NCBI GenBank assembly: GCA_965153285.1
Contig: OZ229114.1
DNA from: Podarcis tiliguerta
Taxonomy: Eukaryota
Length of the DNA: 64,000 nt
Direction: 5' to 3' (one strand)
Below the pieces are notes generated by a model. That model was not told the origin of the DNA. It searched no databases and saw only the letters and a list, made by a program, of their open reading frames with translations. Positions 40,340-64,000 of the stretch are shown here, one piece after another; position 1 is the stretch's first letter; each line of letters begins with the position of its first letter. Both the position numbers and the translations under genes were made by a program.

Positions 40340-43300
40340 GGCTAAGGAATGCCCTCACACGGTCTCATTTGGTGACTGTTTTTTGTCGTTTAGATAGTGG
40401 AAATGAATTGGAAGCAGAAATATCCTTTTAATAAGTGTTGACAGAATTGTTTTTTTATATGCAGATATCTTAAGTTATTGAAATCTGATAATATTGCAAA
40501 ATTGGATATGGCCTCTGTAACAGATCATGACATGGGAGAATGTAGTCTAGCTCGAAAACAATGTCTTGCTTCATGGTTTCAGCCTTAAAAGCCTGTTGGT
40601 TGGTTCAAGTATGGCACATTGTTTCTTTGGGGAGGAGCAAACTCAGTTCATGTATATATATGTATGAGTGTGTGTATGATATGTATATATATAAATATAT
40701 ATATATATATCCACACAGTTTTTATATATAGACATAATGTGTAGATAACTTGAATATGAAAAGCCTTCTCTCTCTCTTTTTTTCTTTTCCCTCTTTTCTT
40801 TTCCTTAAAAAAAAAACCTCATTTTCAGGATCAAACCAAGTCAGGGGATTAAAATATTTCAGTAAACATCTATTTTTTGTGTAGTACCTTAATATGAAGG
40901 AAGAAAACCTGCTTCAGGAAAATAAATTTCTGGAATGCAGACAAATTTGACTTCTTCCATTTAACTTATGGTATCCACAGGTGCCAATCAGTTTAGGTAG
41001 GAAAAAACACATAATGCCTCGTGAACCTTTTGATTTTATATGAATCCAATACTTTTTTTTTAATAACTTTTTTTATATGGTCACATGATAACCATTACGG
41101 AACATCAGTAACTGCATATTACCAAAATTTATTTTTCTACTTCTGAATTTCTGAACTTCAAAGACCTGGAGGGCTCCTATTGCTGAAGTTCCTTTATCAC
41201 TGTAAGACTATATTGTCTCACTTGCTGGTATCTATAAGTGGTCACAACATTATAACATTAAGTACAATGATCTTAAACATTTGCTTCATTTAATTTCTCC
41301 CCTACCTTTGCTCAATTGAGAAGCTCTCCACAGGTCTTGTAGTGGATAGAGGGAATGACATAACATTCAGATACTCTTCAGTAATGGTGAGGTGGCATTT
41401 CAGCATTAAGAGTAAAATTTTGTTCCCCTTAAAGCTGTTCAATGGTCACATGAATCCACACTAATCAAAGTAGCCAGTTACCCAAAATAGTCACAGCCTT
41501 CATAAGCTTTTTTTTTTTTTTGTAATTGAAATGAGTGTTGAAAAAGATGCGTAAAAAAGCTGATGAAGGGAATGATTAATTCTAGACTTCCCTCAACTCA
41601 TTTTATAACTTGATTATGGTTATTCTTGCAGGTGCTATTTTGGGCACAACACGTTTATATAAAATACAGAATGTTCCTGCATCTCAGCTCATAGGCTTGC
41701 ATTTTCTTTCAAGGAAGGAAGTTAGCAAATGGTTTGTGGCTAAATAAAACCAAGTGCAGTGCAGGTTTCAGGTCAAGATCCAGAGGGGCTTGTGGGTGTG
41801 GGTTTATAACCTGTGTTTACATCACTTTTTCTCAGTTTTCTTCCCAGAAGGAGCCTGTAAGTAAATCCCCAGATCCGTTTTACTATTTGGGTTAGATTGA
41901 ATAGGTATTTGAGGTTTTGCATGAAGCATTTCCTTCTTTAAGGGGAAATATTGCTGCAGTATGTGATTTCTTTTACTCTGTTTGTCTTTCAAAACCTCTC
42001 ATCCAGTCCCAAAATGGTTATTGGGGACAATTTTGTGGAACAACTTCTAGAGGAAAATCCTGATGCATATTTATGTGCTGCTCTGGATTTCAGCCATTTT
42101 TTGTCCGAAATGTTGTTACTTGTTCTTGCAGCTAGTGTCTACCGATACATCTGTGTTACTGAATGCTTTTAAGAGCGGTTTATGTGAGCTGCTTTTGCAA
42201 AACTGAATCCTTGGACACTGGAGTGCATAGGTAGAATTATGACAAAAGTACTGCTTTGTACAGTCTGTCACCTGTCAGTTCCTTTTGATAATCATGAGTG
42301 TCTATATTTTGAGAGAGTGAATAGATAGCATTTTTATGTTCATGCCCTTCATTTTATTTTTCTGAATTTCATTAAAAGCACAGAACTCAAAATCAGTATA
42401 ATTATCTGAGCACCTCATAGGCGTGCTGTTTGTTTCCTATTGCTTGTGAATAAAAAGATCACACAAATTGAGCTAAACCTCCAAATAATGAGTTCATATC
42501 AGAAAATTTGTGCCTTAAAAAAAAAAAAGAATTATGACCATTTCCTGCAAAAATAAGAAGTTGTCAGTGTATTGTTCCTGCTTGCATTCTACCTAATATG
42601 TTAATTTACAATTTTGTTAACTCAGGCGCAAAGCAGCCCCAAATAATAGAAGGTGTGCCATTCAACAGGAAGGTTCCCCCCCCCCCCCCAACCAAGTGAA
42701 AGGCTTTATTGAATCCCTTTTCCAGTTATTGACAGTTGCCAATTTTCCTGGAGGAAAATGGAATTTCGTTTGCGATTGCTCGGCTCCAAAGGTAGTAGCA
42801 GCTCAGGAAACTCAACATCGTCTCTCTGCCTGCACAGAAATACTAAGTGTCCATACAAGTCTCTTTGGATCCTGCTCAGTATTCCTGTGATTTCAAACAA
42901 TAGAGCCTTTGAAACAAGAAGCCTAGCTAGATCACTATATGTGATACATTATTTGGAAATTTCAAAGTGTGTGTGTGTGTCCCCCCCCCCCCCCAGCTGC
43001 TTTTCCCATAGTGCTTGTTTGCTGGGCATGATTTAGACTGGTTGAGGGCAGTAAACCATACAAAGATTTTAAATTACTAATGCAACATAAATTGGACCAT
43101 TCTTCCATAATAATTCCCAGAACAATTCTTCGGGCATTTATCCTTCCAAATAATTCTTTTATACTTATATTTCTACCTGCTTTGTCACTGCATGTTCTGC
43201 ACGTTTATCTCTTGTCTGCCGGTATGTCTCTAGCTTTCCAGCCAGGGACTTAATTCTTCACTATACATGTAGATTCTGAAGTTGCTATACTAACTTGTTG

Positions 43301-43957
43301 TTTGCAGCATCCTTTCCCCGCCCTCTCTCACTACATAGGATCAGGTTAAAGTTTCTGGTTACTTCCTCAAAAAGGAGATGGCCAGCAGACGTCTGCCTGA
43401 GTTTTGGGCACTTCTCTCTCTCAGTTAAAAATCAGGCAAATCACTTTTTCTCTGGATTGAAGTCTTTACTGTGATAACATTGTTTTATTGCTCCCTCAAA
43501 TACCCCAGTAAACCCTAACAATGCTTTTTTGCCTTTTTGCTGAAACAACTGCCTTCACTGCAACCAAGCTATCTCTTCCTTACATTAATTTCAACTTAAC
43601 GCTCAGCTCGTTTGCTCCACGTTTTTCAAGGCTCAGTCTTAAGCAGTATCCAGTCACTCATTCTGGAGAAATCTTTGTGGAGCTTTTCAGCCCACTTGGG
43701 ATTTTTTGTTGTTGTTGGTGGTGGTGGTGGAATTGTCAAGTTATGCTGCTTCATGGCTTACCCTCCTTCTTGGAGCACTGTAGATTGATTCAGCAACCTT
43801 TTTGTGCACAGTGAAAGAATGTTTGAACACCTTTCCCCTGGACCATGCACTTAACATGTAAGGTTGGGGTTCATTGTGTGCACCTCTTGGAAAAGAGAAA
43901 GAGAAAAGGTCAGGTGTACATGTCATGTACCGTGTAGCTGTACATGGAGTTCCTGCA

Positions 43958-43958
<1 letters not shown>

Positions 43959-43993
<35 letters not shown>
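43959..43993. repeat. (TG)n microsatellite
   Basis: Direct observation. Confidence 0.95.
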
Positions 43994-43995
<2 letters not shown>

Positions 43996-44179
43996 AGGAG
44001 GAGGAGGGAAGGAGTCTATACTTGTTTCTCCAACACACAAAGATGTCTAAAGTGGACCTGCGAACAGTAGTTTTGTGGGTGGCCTCTCCTTATCCTTCCT
44101 CGTTTTGAAAGCTGAAAAGTTGTCTTTCTTTTCACTATTTTCTCCCATTTGCTTGAGGAAGCTTTGCTTCAGTGAGTTA

Positions 44180-44314
44180 CCGTGTTTTTCCATCTATAAG
44201 ACACCCTCATGTATAAGATTTAAGAAAATGGGGGGATACATCCATGTATAAGACACCCCCTAATTTTTAACATTTTTTAGGGGGGGACCTAGTCTTATAC
44301 GCGGAAAAATACGG
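44180..44314. mobile_element. Tc2/pogo-type MITE
   Basis: TA|CCGTGTTTTTCC...GGAAAAATACGG|TA; internal TATAAGAC repeats. Confidence 0.8.
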
Positions 44315-45399
44315 TACTTAACATATAAGCAACGAACAAAGTGCTTTGTCTCTAAGGCACACCTGCTCCTACCTGAATGCAAAGCAGAGTTCCTCGGGTC
44401 TCAGGAGAAAACAATACAGCTACTACCGTTAACCAAGAATTGTTATCTGTACGGTCCCAACCCCCAAATCCCCCCCAAAATATGTTGTGACAAATGAGAC
44501 TGGCCTTGGCTGTGTTTAAATGGATGACGAAGCAATAAGCTTGATGATGATTGTAGCAAAACATTTGCAACTGTGCTTTTTTTCTGTGTGCTGACGCAGC
44601 AAAAACATTTTCCACATGGTTTTTAGGATCAAGCAAAAGTACACGTATTAATGGTGAAATGTAAATGAGGGGGAAAGAAATAAAACTCTTATCTGGCCTC
44701 CTTTCGAAGTCCAGCTCTGTCTTTGTGTTCCATTTCATTTCCCAAGAAGATTCTTCCATTAGGGTGTTATGGGTCTCCCCCCCCCCCCAAGTAAGAGGCA
44801 AACTGCACACAAATGTAATGTTCATTTTGTAGAAGAAACTGTGGGAAACTGTGTTGCTGTGAGCTCTGCTACAGATCCCCCTGCTTGAGTTGCTGCTGTT
44901 AGTGTGTTCAGGATTGCAGTCTTCAGCCTGCACGTTTCCCCTGCCATTGCAAAGGTGTAAAGTTGGCTGAACATAATAAGATTTTGCAGTGCAGTTTTAT
45001 TCAGTAGTAAGCTTTTCCCTCAGTGACTAGCAAGAGTAAAGCGGCATCTGGTTTAGCACGGCTCTCTCCCTGCTGCCATTATAATCCAAATTAGGAAGTC
45101 CCATACCTTTTATAAAAAGAAACTTGCATTGGAGTGATGGCAAGCAGAATGTTGATGGATTTGAGTTAATGACGTTTTGAATTAAGTTTGCCTCCTTGAA
45201 TGCCCGAGCATAATTTGTATGACCCTTGTAGAAAGTTGTAATGTTGGCCTCCCCAAAGGCCTTTGCTTGTCTTTTCAAAATTCAGGAGAATTATTGGTTT
45301 GCTTTTGCAACTTATTTCTGACCCTTTATTTAAGCTCATAGTGTTTCAGGCTGGAGGACTGTCTCTTGTTCTGAGTGTTACGCTGTGAAATTCATAAGC

Positions 45400-45960
45400 A
45401 AACTGGAATGGATTGACAGGAGGGCAACAAAGATGGTCAGCTGCATGGAAAACGAGTCTGAGAAGGAAATGCTGAAGGAACTGCGTGTGGTTTTCCCAGA
45501 GAGGACTAAGGGAGACCATGATGGCATTCTTAAAAATACTTGAAGGGCTGTCTCATAAAGGAGGCTTTGTTTCTGCTACTAGAGAGGGCAGAGTAGATCT
45601 AATGGACTTAAAGTTCAGGAGGGTAGCTTTCAGTTGACCATTAAGTTCTCCTATCTGTAAACTCAGTTCAACAATGGACCAGTTGCCTAAAGGGATGGCG
45701 AAGTCTGCTTCACTAGAGGGCTTTAAGGTGCATCTGGACAGCCATCTCTTGGGAGATGTTCTAAACCAGCTTTTCTCAGCCTGGTGCTCTCAGATGGTGT
45801 TGGGACCGACTCCCATCAACCCCAGCCAGTGTGACTAATGGCTGAGGACGATGGCAGTTGTAGTCCAAAGAACAGGGAGGGCACCAAGTTGGGTGAGGCT
45901 GCTCTAAACTGGACTTTCCAGCTCCAGCAAGAAGTTGACAAGATTCCTCCAACTCTAATC
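45400..45960 (+). mobile_element. Old CR1 LINE 3' fragment interrupted by a hAT MITE
   Basis: CR1-like AGGAGGGCAACAAAGATGG, CTGAAGGAACTG, TACTTGAAGGGCTG and CTGGACAGCCATCT segments. Confidence 0.8.
45767..45901. mobile_element. hAT-type MITE
   Basis: CAGC...GCTG termini with 8-bp TSD TTCTAAAC/CTCTAAAC; related copies at ~27958-28050, ~34352-34482, 53643-54151 and ~56956-57060. Confidence 0.82.
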
Positions 45961-47736
45961 TTACCTGTATTTATGGCCCGACACAGCAGTTTTGCCTGGG
46001 TGCATATTAATTACATGCAAATGCTATTTAAATCCTGCTTTCAGAGTGCAGGATCTAATATCAGTTCCTCTGGATGGAGACCAAAAGCATAATATCTTGT
46101 GCCAGTAAATGCTGTTCTTATCAGCCCTGCCTTGTGATTTCTGGAATCTCAATGAACCTGAGCGTTCTAGGGCTTGCCAGGCAGCTGCCACACCCTGCTG
46201 CCTGTGCACAAGCAATGCCAGCAGGAAGGAATTTGGGGTCTTGTGTGTTGTTGAGAAATCAGGTCACCTTGAGTGGCACTCCTCTTTTAACACGTTCTGT
46301 ACTAGAGTTTCCTGTATACTCTCTGTCCTAAAGGAAGGCTGGAGTCAGTATCACTGTTCCGAATATACCTTGTTTCATTCTAACACTGCTTCTGAGTGTA
46401 TCGCAAGATCAGGACACCCTAGAAAGGGAGATATGTTTGCATAACTTTGCTTGAGCACAATCTTCAGTTTAGCCCCTATTTTCTCCCTCATGATAGTAAG
46501 TGCCAGATGGTACTCAGGCCAGATACCTGAGTAAAGTGCACAAACATACCTGCTTCTGGTCTCAGACATCCCTTGTAAAGAAATCTGTTTTATTACAGAG
46601 CTCTAGAGCTTAAAACACTTAACCTTGTCCAAAAGGTGCTTGTTGTCCTTCAAATGAGCAGTTAAATCTCCAGAGTGTGTACATGGAAAAATAACTTCCA
46701 CTCCCACCCCCCTCCTAATCTCATTTTTCATTAAAGAGGAGCTCTTTTTTTCTCCCTTAAAAGAATAATACAAGCCACTAGAGGTCTTGGACCATTTCAT
46801 GCTGATTTGCTGTGTCACTTTTACATATGGCAAGAGCAGGGCTCAGGTTAGCACATCTCCCCTCACCATATGTCAAAAGCCTACCGCCTGGATTGGACTT
46901 CTACATACATCCTTCCATGCATCTATGCCTCACCCACCTGTGGTGGATGACAGAGCATAGGGACTGGACATAGCTGCATGCGTGGTCCAAGCCCAGTCCC
47001 TTCTGCACATTCTTGGGCTGCCCAAGCACAACCTGTCATGTGCAGACTGATTGTTTGAATGTGAGACAAGTGGGGAATAAGTGGAGAAGAGTTGGGTTTG
47101 GAGAACATGTAACCCAATCTCAGTGCAGAGCCCTGCCTACCTGAAGCTCCAGTCTCATTCCATATAACCATCTTCCCCTTCAAACCAGGTTAAAACCAGG
47201 TTACTTCATTCCAGTGATAGTGCTGCCATAACGAAGCAGCAGGGGGAAATCAGCTGCCAGAGGTTTCTGTCTTGCCTTTGGGTGTTTTCCTCAGCTCTCT
47301 GTGCTTCTGCTCAGTACTTCTGGGACACTTCCATGGAATCATCTTACTGACTCAATTAGCTCTCCTTTTGATTTAAAATACTTAACATCATGCTTTTTAG
47401 CAAAAGCTTGCCATGTGATTGCTTCCTATTCTGTTCTTGGCCTTCACTCTGCACGATGGGTACACACACCCTGAGTGTTCCTGCCTCCATCCTGCCTTCC
47501 TGGTAACAGCACATAGCTCTTCTGCCTGTGTAAATGAAGCTTTGCTTTCTTCCAAGTTGGACTCTGACAACATTCTGCTGCTGGCAACTTCACACTGAGC
47601 ATGACACAGTGCCACACAGAACATTCCATGACATCACAGCATCTTAGCCAATGGCTTTTGGGGTTGCAGACAGTAGACAGCAGGTTTTGGCCTTCAATAA
47701 ATAGGAAATGTCAGGAAATAGTTGAACATAGAAATA

Positions 47737-47796
47737 TTTATTGATATTAAAAGCAAATTCTAGTAATAGAATACGAAATTCAGAAGACATTTTAAT
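47737..47796 (-). terminator. Candidate PAPSS2 polyadenylation signals (ATTAAA 47796-47791, AATAAA 47742-47737)
   Basis: Two hexamers at the end of an AU-rich block ~3 kb downstream of the stop. Usage is inferred only. Confidence 0.4.
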
Positions 47797-48210
47797 CAAG
47801 ATATATATCTCAGTTAAGGCATACATTCCAGTCTCGTGTCTGTAATAAATATGCTATAAAATATTACAGAATATTCTTCTTTAACTATTTAAAAGGAGTA
47901 GTACCCCATATATATTTGAACTGATGGCAATGGATATAGTAGTATAAGGTTAAAAAGAAAAGAAATATATAAACACTATTTAAAATATCAATTAAATTAT
48001 AAAATGGCAAGATCGTTTCTATCTTCAAGGTCCCTTCCAGAGGGCTTGGATATAAAAGGCACTCTTGTTAATATACATTAGCTGATTTTCAATCTCTAGT
48101 TAATTCATTGCATTTTACTGCAGATCCCATTCAGCCTGTTGTACAGCAAAAACAGTGGATGCTCTCTGCCCAGTGGCTGCATTTGTTTCACACAAGTTGT
48201 AAGAACACAT

Positions 48211-48431
48211 GGGCTGTATCTGACCAAGTCATCCCATCCGCCCAAGGACTTCTGCTTGCACAACAGAACTTCCCCTTCCTCTTCCTGAATGCTGCCGCAC
48301 CCCCAACCACAAATCTGTTCTGGAGTTTTGGAGGAACCACTAGAACAGATTTGGGGTGCACAGGGGGAGGAGGAGTTCCAGTGCACAAGCAAAAGTCCTT
48401 GTGCCAACAGAACAACTTTTGGATGCAGCCC
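48211..48431. mobile_element. Palindromic MITE (PIF/Harbinger-like GGGC...GCCC termini)
   Basis: GGGCTGTATC...GATGCAGCCC ends; inverted arms AAGGACTTCTGCTTGCAC/GTGCACAAGCAAAAGTCCTT and CAAATCTGTTCT/AGAACAGATTTG. Confidence 0.65.
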
Positions 48432-50831
48432 TACTATACTTTTGGGTTTTTGTCATGAGGATTCCAAAACTTTAAAAGCTGGAACCGTTAAAAGGCATCC
48501 TCAAATACGATATTGTGACGGCAAAGATGTGTTTGTTGCATGATTGCTACAGGAAATAAGAACATCATTTCACAATCTTTAGAAACCATATTATTTCATT
48601 CCTAGATAAGACAGATGGAAAGGCAGATCTTTTTTTTAAGTTTGCAGTTTGTATTTGACTTAAAACACTTGGCCAAAGTTTGGGCGCAATCTGGTCTATG
48701 ACCTGGCTTAGGGCCTCTGTTGGGCCAGCTCAGCTCTCAACATATGGGAGGAAAACTTATTAGAAGAAGAGCAAGAAGGGAGGGAGTCCCACATATGCAA
48801 TCTGCTCACATGGGAGAAGGGTTTGGTCCCCGTGTACTGTCATTAACCTGTTCTAGTCTTAACTTTTACAGCAACTTTACATACACAACTACGGTACTGC
48901 CTGTTTCTGTGCTCTGTCCCTTGTACGACTGAATAACATTCAGATCAGGTGGATTTGGTGAAATTGACTTTAGTGGGTTTGTGTTATCTTAAATCCAACT
49001 ACTACTACTACTACCACCAATATTTTGTGAATTCTGCAGATAAGCTGTCCTCCTCTCCAAGACAAATAGATGGGACGCTTTCTGCTTACAGAAGAGCATC
49101 TGGTTCCTCTTCTAAATCTATGGATGCTTTTCATGACCAAAGCACATGCTACAGTTCCAGAATCTGTAATTTGAATGTAAAATCCATGTGGGCTACAAAA
49201 TACATTTCTCTTTGTATTCCATATGAACAATGTTCACATGTGGTAGAAATTAAGGCAGCAATCCTATACGCACCCGAGAGTAAGCAGCATTAAACTTAAT
49301 GAGACTTCTGAGTTAGCATGCATAGGAATGCACTGTTAAAAAAGGCATTTTTAGCAGACGAAGGTGGACTAATACCAGTGTGCTAGCTCTTGTGCCTAAC
49401 TCAGTGTTGGGCTTCAAGTGCCTTTTTTATTTTAACTACAGCAGTTAAGACTGAAGAGAAGGAATATATCATGCTTTCTTCCCCCTCTATGCTAAAGTCT
49501 CATAATAAATTTCATATGCAGTCACAATTGACTGAAGCACTGGCACAAACAACCACTGCTTTTGTAAGCGTATTAATATTTGTATAACAAATTGTGTTTG
49601 CACTTGAATGCCTAGATCACATTTCGGAAGAACCTTAGATTAACCAGAAACCTCAGTGAGGTTTAGTTCAACTATTGCTAAATTGTGAGAATATGACTAG
49701 CAGCTGGAATTCCCATACAGCCCCAGGGATGGCTGATCTGTTCTGCATTATGGAACAATCTTTGCCAATACAACATCCAGGCTGCATTCACGAAGGCTAG
49801 GAATTCACTTAAAAAGCTTGGATTCAATAAAAGTTCCAGGCTGTTCCAAAGAGCTTCACATATTGAATGCGGCAGACAAACTTCAGCAATGGATTCATGG
49901 TATCAACTTCAGACCACAACACCCTAGTTCCTTCACGGCACCTGCAATGTTTACCGTCCAATGTGTAAAAATCTAGGAGTTCAAAAGTAGAACAGTGATC
50001 AAACCTGCAACGCTGGATTTATCAGCATCATGCTCTAACCAACTGAGCAGTACAGTGAATTTTCTGCCTCAGGTGCCAAAATAGCTTGACTGGCTTTGGA
50101 TCCTATGCACTTTGAACTGAAGGGCAGGGCACTGTTTGCTGTTCTGCCTCAGACAACAAAGTGCTCTGAGCTGGCCCTGCAATCCCTGCTAAGTGTTAAA
50201 TCAACTTCCCAGGACTCTCCAAATTGCTTGCAACAGTTTGAAAATTGATTTGAGATGATGGGAGAAATCTGATGTGGAATTACGAGGGTTTCTGCAGATG
50301 AATCAGGATGCTGGTGTTTATTAATAATCACCATAATTAAAAAAAAACAATGTCGCATCAATCCACTAAAAGGGATATGAAAGGCCATGCCATAGTTAGG
50401 CAGAAAGTAAACTTCCCATTTAGTGCTGCTCAGGAGGAGGAGGAGCAAAAGTCCTACTTAATTGCATTGAGCAAGCTGGGAATGAATTAAAAGCAACAAA
50501 GAAGAACAGATAAATAACTCCAAATTTTTCAGCTGCATAATTCTGCACAGTTCAGACAACCTCTTTCGAAAGGCTGTGATAAATCAGTATATGGCTTTGG
50601 ACTCCCATAATCTTTCTCTTTATATATATATATATATGTACCATAAAATCTCTTCTATGGCTTTCCTTTGAAATTAAGAGGAAATTTCCTAATAACTTCA
50701 GAGAGGGGAAAGCTGGGAAGAAAATGCCCACAAAAAGCAGAAAATTTCAAAGTTGAAGATGTAGAACAGCATATAAATCAACTGAAAGAGCCCATCTTTA
50801 AAAACCAAGACGCACTTGGATAAAAGCAAAA

Positions 50832-62619
<11,788 letters not shown>

Positions 62620-64000
62620 CTGAAAAAAAGAGAACACCATATGGCAGATTTACAACACAAGCAAAGACTGCCTGTTTTCACACTTTTAAGTATTGCAAAT
62701 TACTTTCTAATTAAATACAATGGAGCATCCCCAATTCTTGTTTGGCCCCCCAAAAAAAATATTTTCTTAGATAAAAGTGACTACATTTCCACTACTAAAA
62801 TACAAGCCCAATTACTAAAAAGTGTAAGTTACTTATGACCAAAACAAAAGGCATAAAACATCATAACCACATGTTTTTTACTAGCAGGTGTCAGTCATTA
62901 TGATGGGCAGGTTATGTTGAGGGAAACCCCTATACTGTGAACTGTATCTCCCCAAGAGATTTCTCATGGTTCATGACCAGATCACACAATGCCAGCAATA
63001 TTGGGAAACCTTCGCTACAATGCAATATTATCCCCACATGTAATTCCTCTTCCTTCCATAGCAATACCAACCATTCTCTGATATAGGAATAAATAAAAGG
63101 TGCACTTGGGTTCATCATTAAGGTTGTAAAGCCTCTTCACCTCGTAGACACTGTGTAGGAGGCAGGTTTTGGATCCCCCTCACAGCTCTGGAAATTTACT
63201 GCTTGCTTATAGCCGGTTTATATCAACAAAGCCCCAACTCAAATATATACGAAGGGCATGCAATTAATAATAATACACACACAGCCCTAAAAAAAAAAAA
63301 AAGCTAACATTTCTACAGAAGCAGCCGGATATTAATTTCTAATCATGCAGTTGTAGAAGCGTAAATGGCTGCACCTGCAAATATTAGCCAGTAGATGGCC
63401 ACAGGTGTCGTGGGAATCATTTTGAGTCCAATTGCATTGGGATCAAAAGCATCAAAGATAAAAGAAGCCTGGAATAAACTCAGTGTTGACTAGCGGTTGT
63501 TAAATCTTCATTTTATGTTTGTTTGGGTTTTTTTAAAAAAGAAAACAGCAAGGGCACTGCATTTAAAGAGATCTATTCTTAGCTAGTACAAGGAATTTCA
63601 AACATCTTGCCCTCAGAGAATCCTTTCTAAACTGATTTGTCTGTAAGTCGGCCACAGGACACCTGTGTGTAGCTGAGTACCTTAAGGAATGTTTTAGACC
63701 CTGGAATTAACACAGGGTGCAGACTGGGGCCACTGGGCCTTGGTGTAGTCCTGGCTGAAGTGAATGACTAACCTAGAACATTGGTCTTCAGATGGTGAAG
63801 TTCCCTCACACTTACATGGTTGTGGCCTGATCTGAAGTGGGCCACAACAACAGCACTACCACCATACAGATACACAGTAAAAATAATAATAACAATTAGG
63901 AAATGGGTCCCCAAACTCACAGGTAAGTTAAAGGTTGGTGGCCTAAGCATACATCAAACACTCTCCTTTATCAACTTAATGCATTCTAGAGGGAGGCTGG

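Overview
Vertebrate genomic DNA, most likely from a lacertid lizard, judged from Sauria/Squam1-, Squam2- and Squam3-type SINEs and CR1 LINEs. It covers the conserved PTEN-ATAD1-PAPSS2 block. PTEN exon 1 (minus strand, ATG at 13271) has a CpG-island promoter, a long uORF-containing 5' leader and more than 13 kb of a U12-type intron 1. ATAD1 (plus strand) is complete: 9 coding exons, 361 aa, 31114-40339. The last six coding exons of PAPSS2 (minus strand, ATP-sulfurylase domain) lie at 62619-50832. The main finding is what appears to be a decayed seven-exon protein-coding gene (~720 codons, minus strand, ~25943-18639) between ATAD1 and PTEN. It has phase-consistent splice sites and a possible START/SRPBCC-like region, and I cannot name it. 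Other findings are a PTEN-Long-like CUG N-terminal extension, conserved ends of the mammalian MP31 uORF, a deviant U12 donor, a GC-AG intron and a candidate 30-nt cassette exon in PAPSS2, two related solo LTRs with ATAT target sites, and several nested transposon insertions. All cross-species comparisons are from memory and were not computed.
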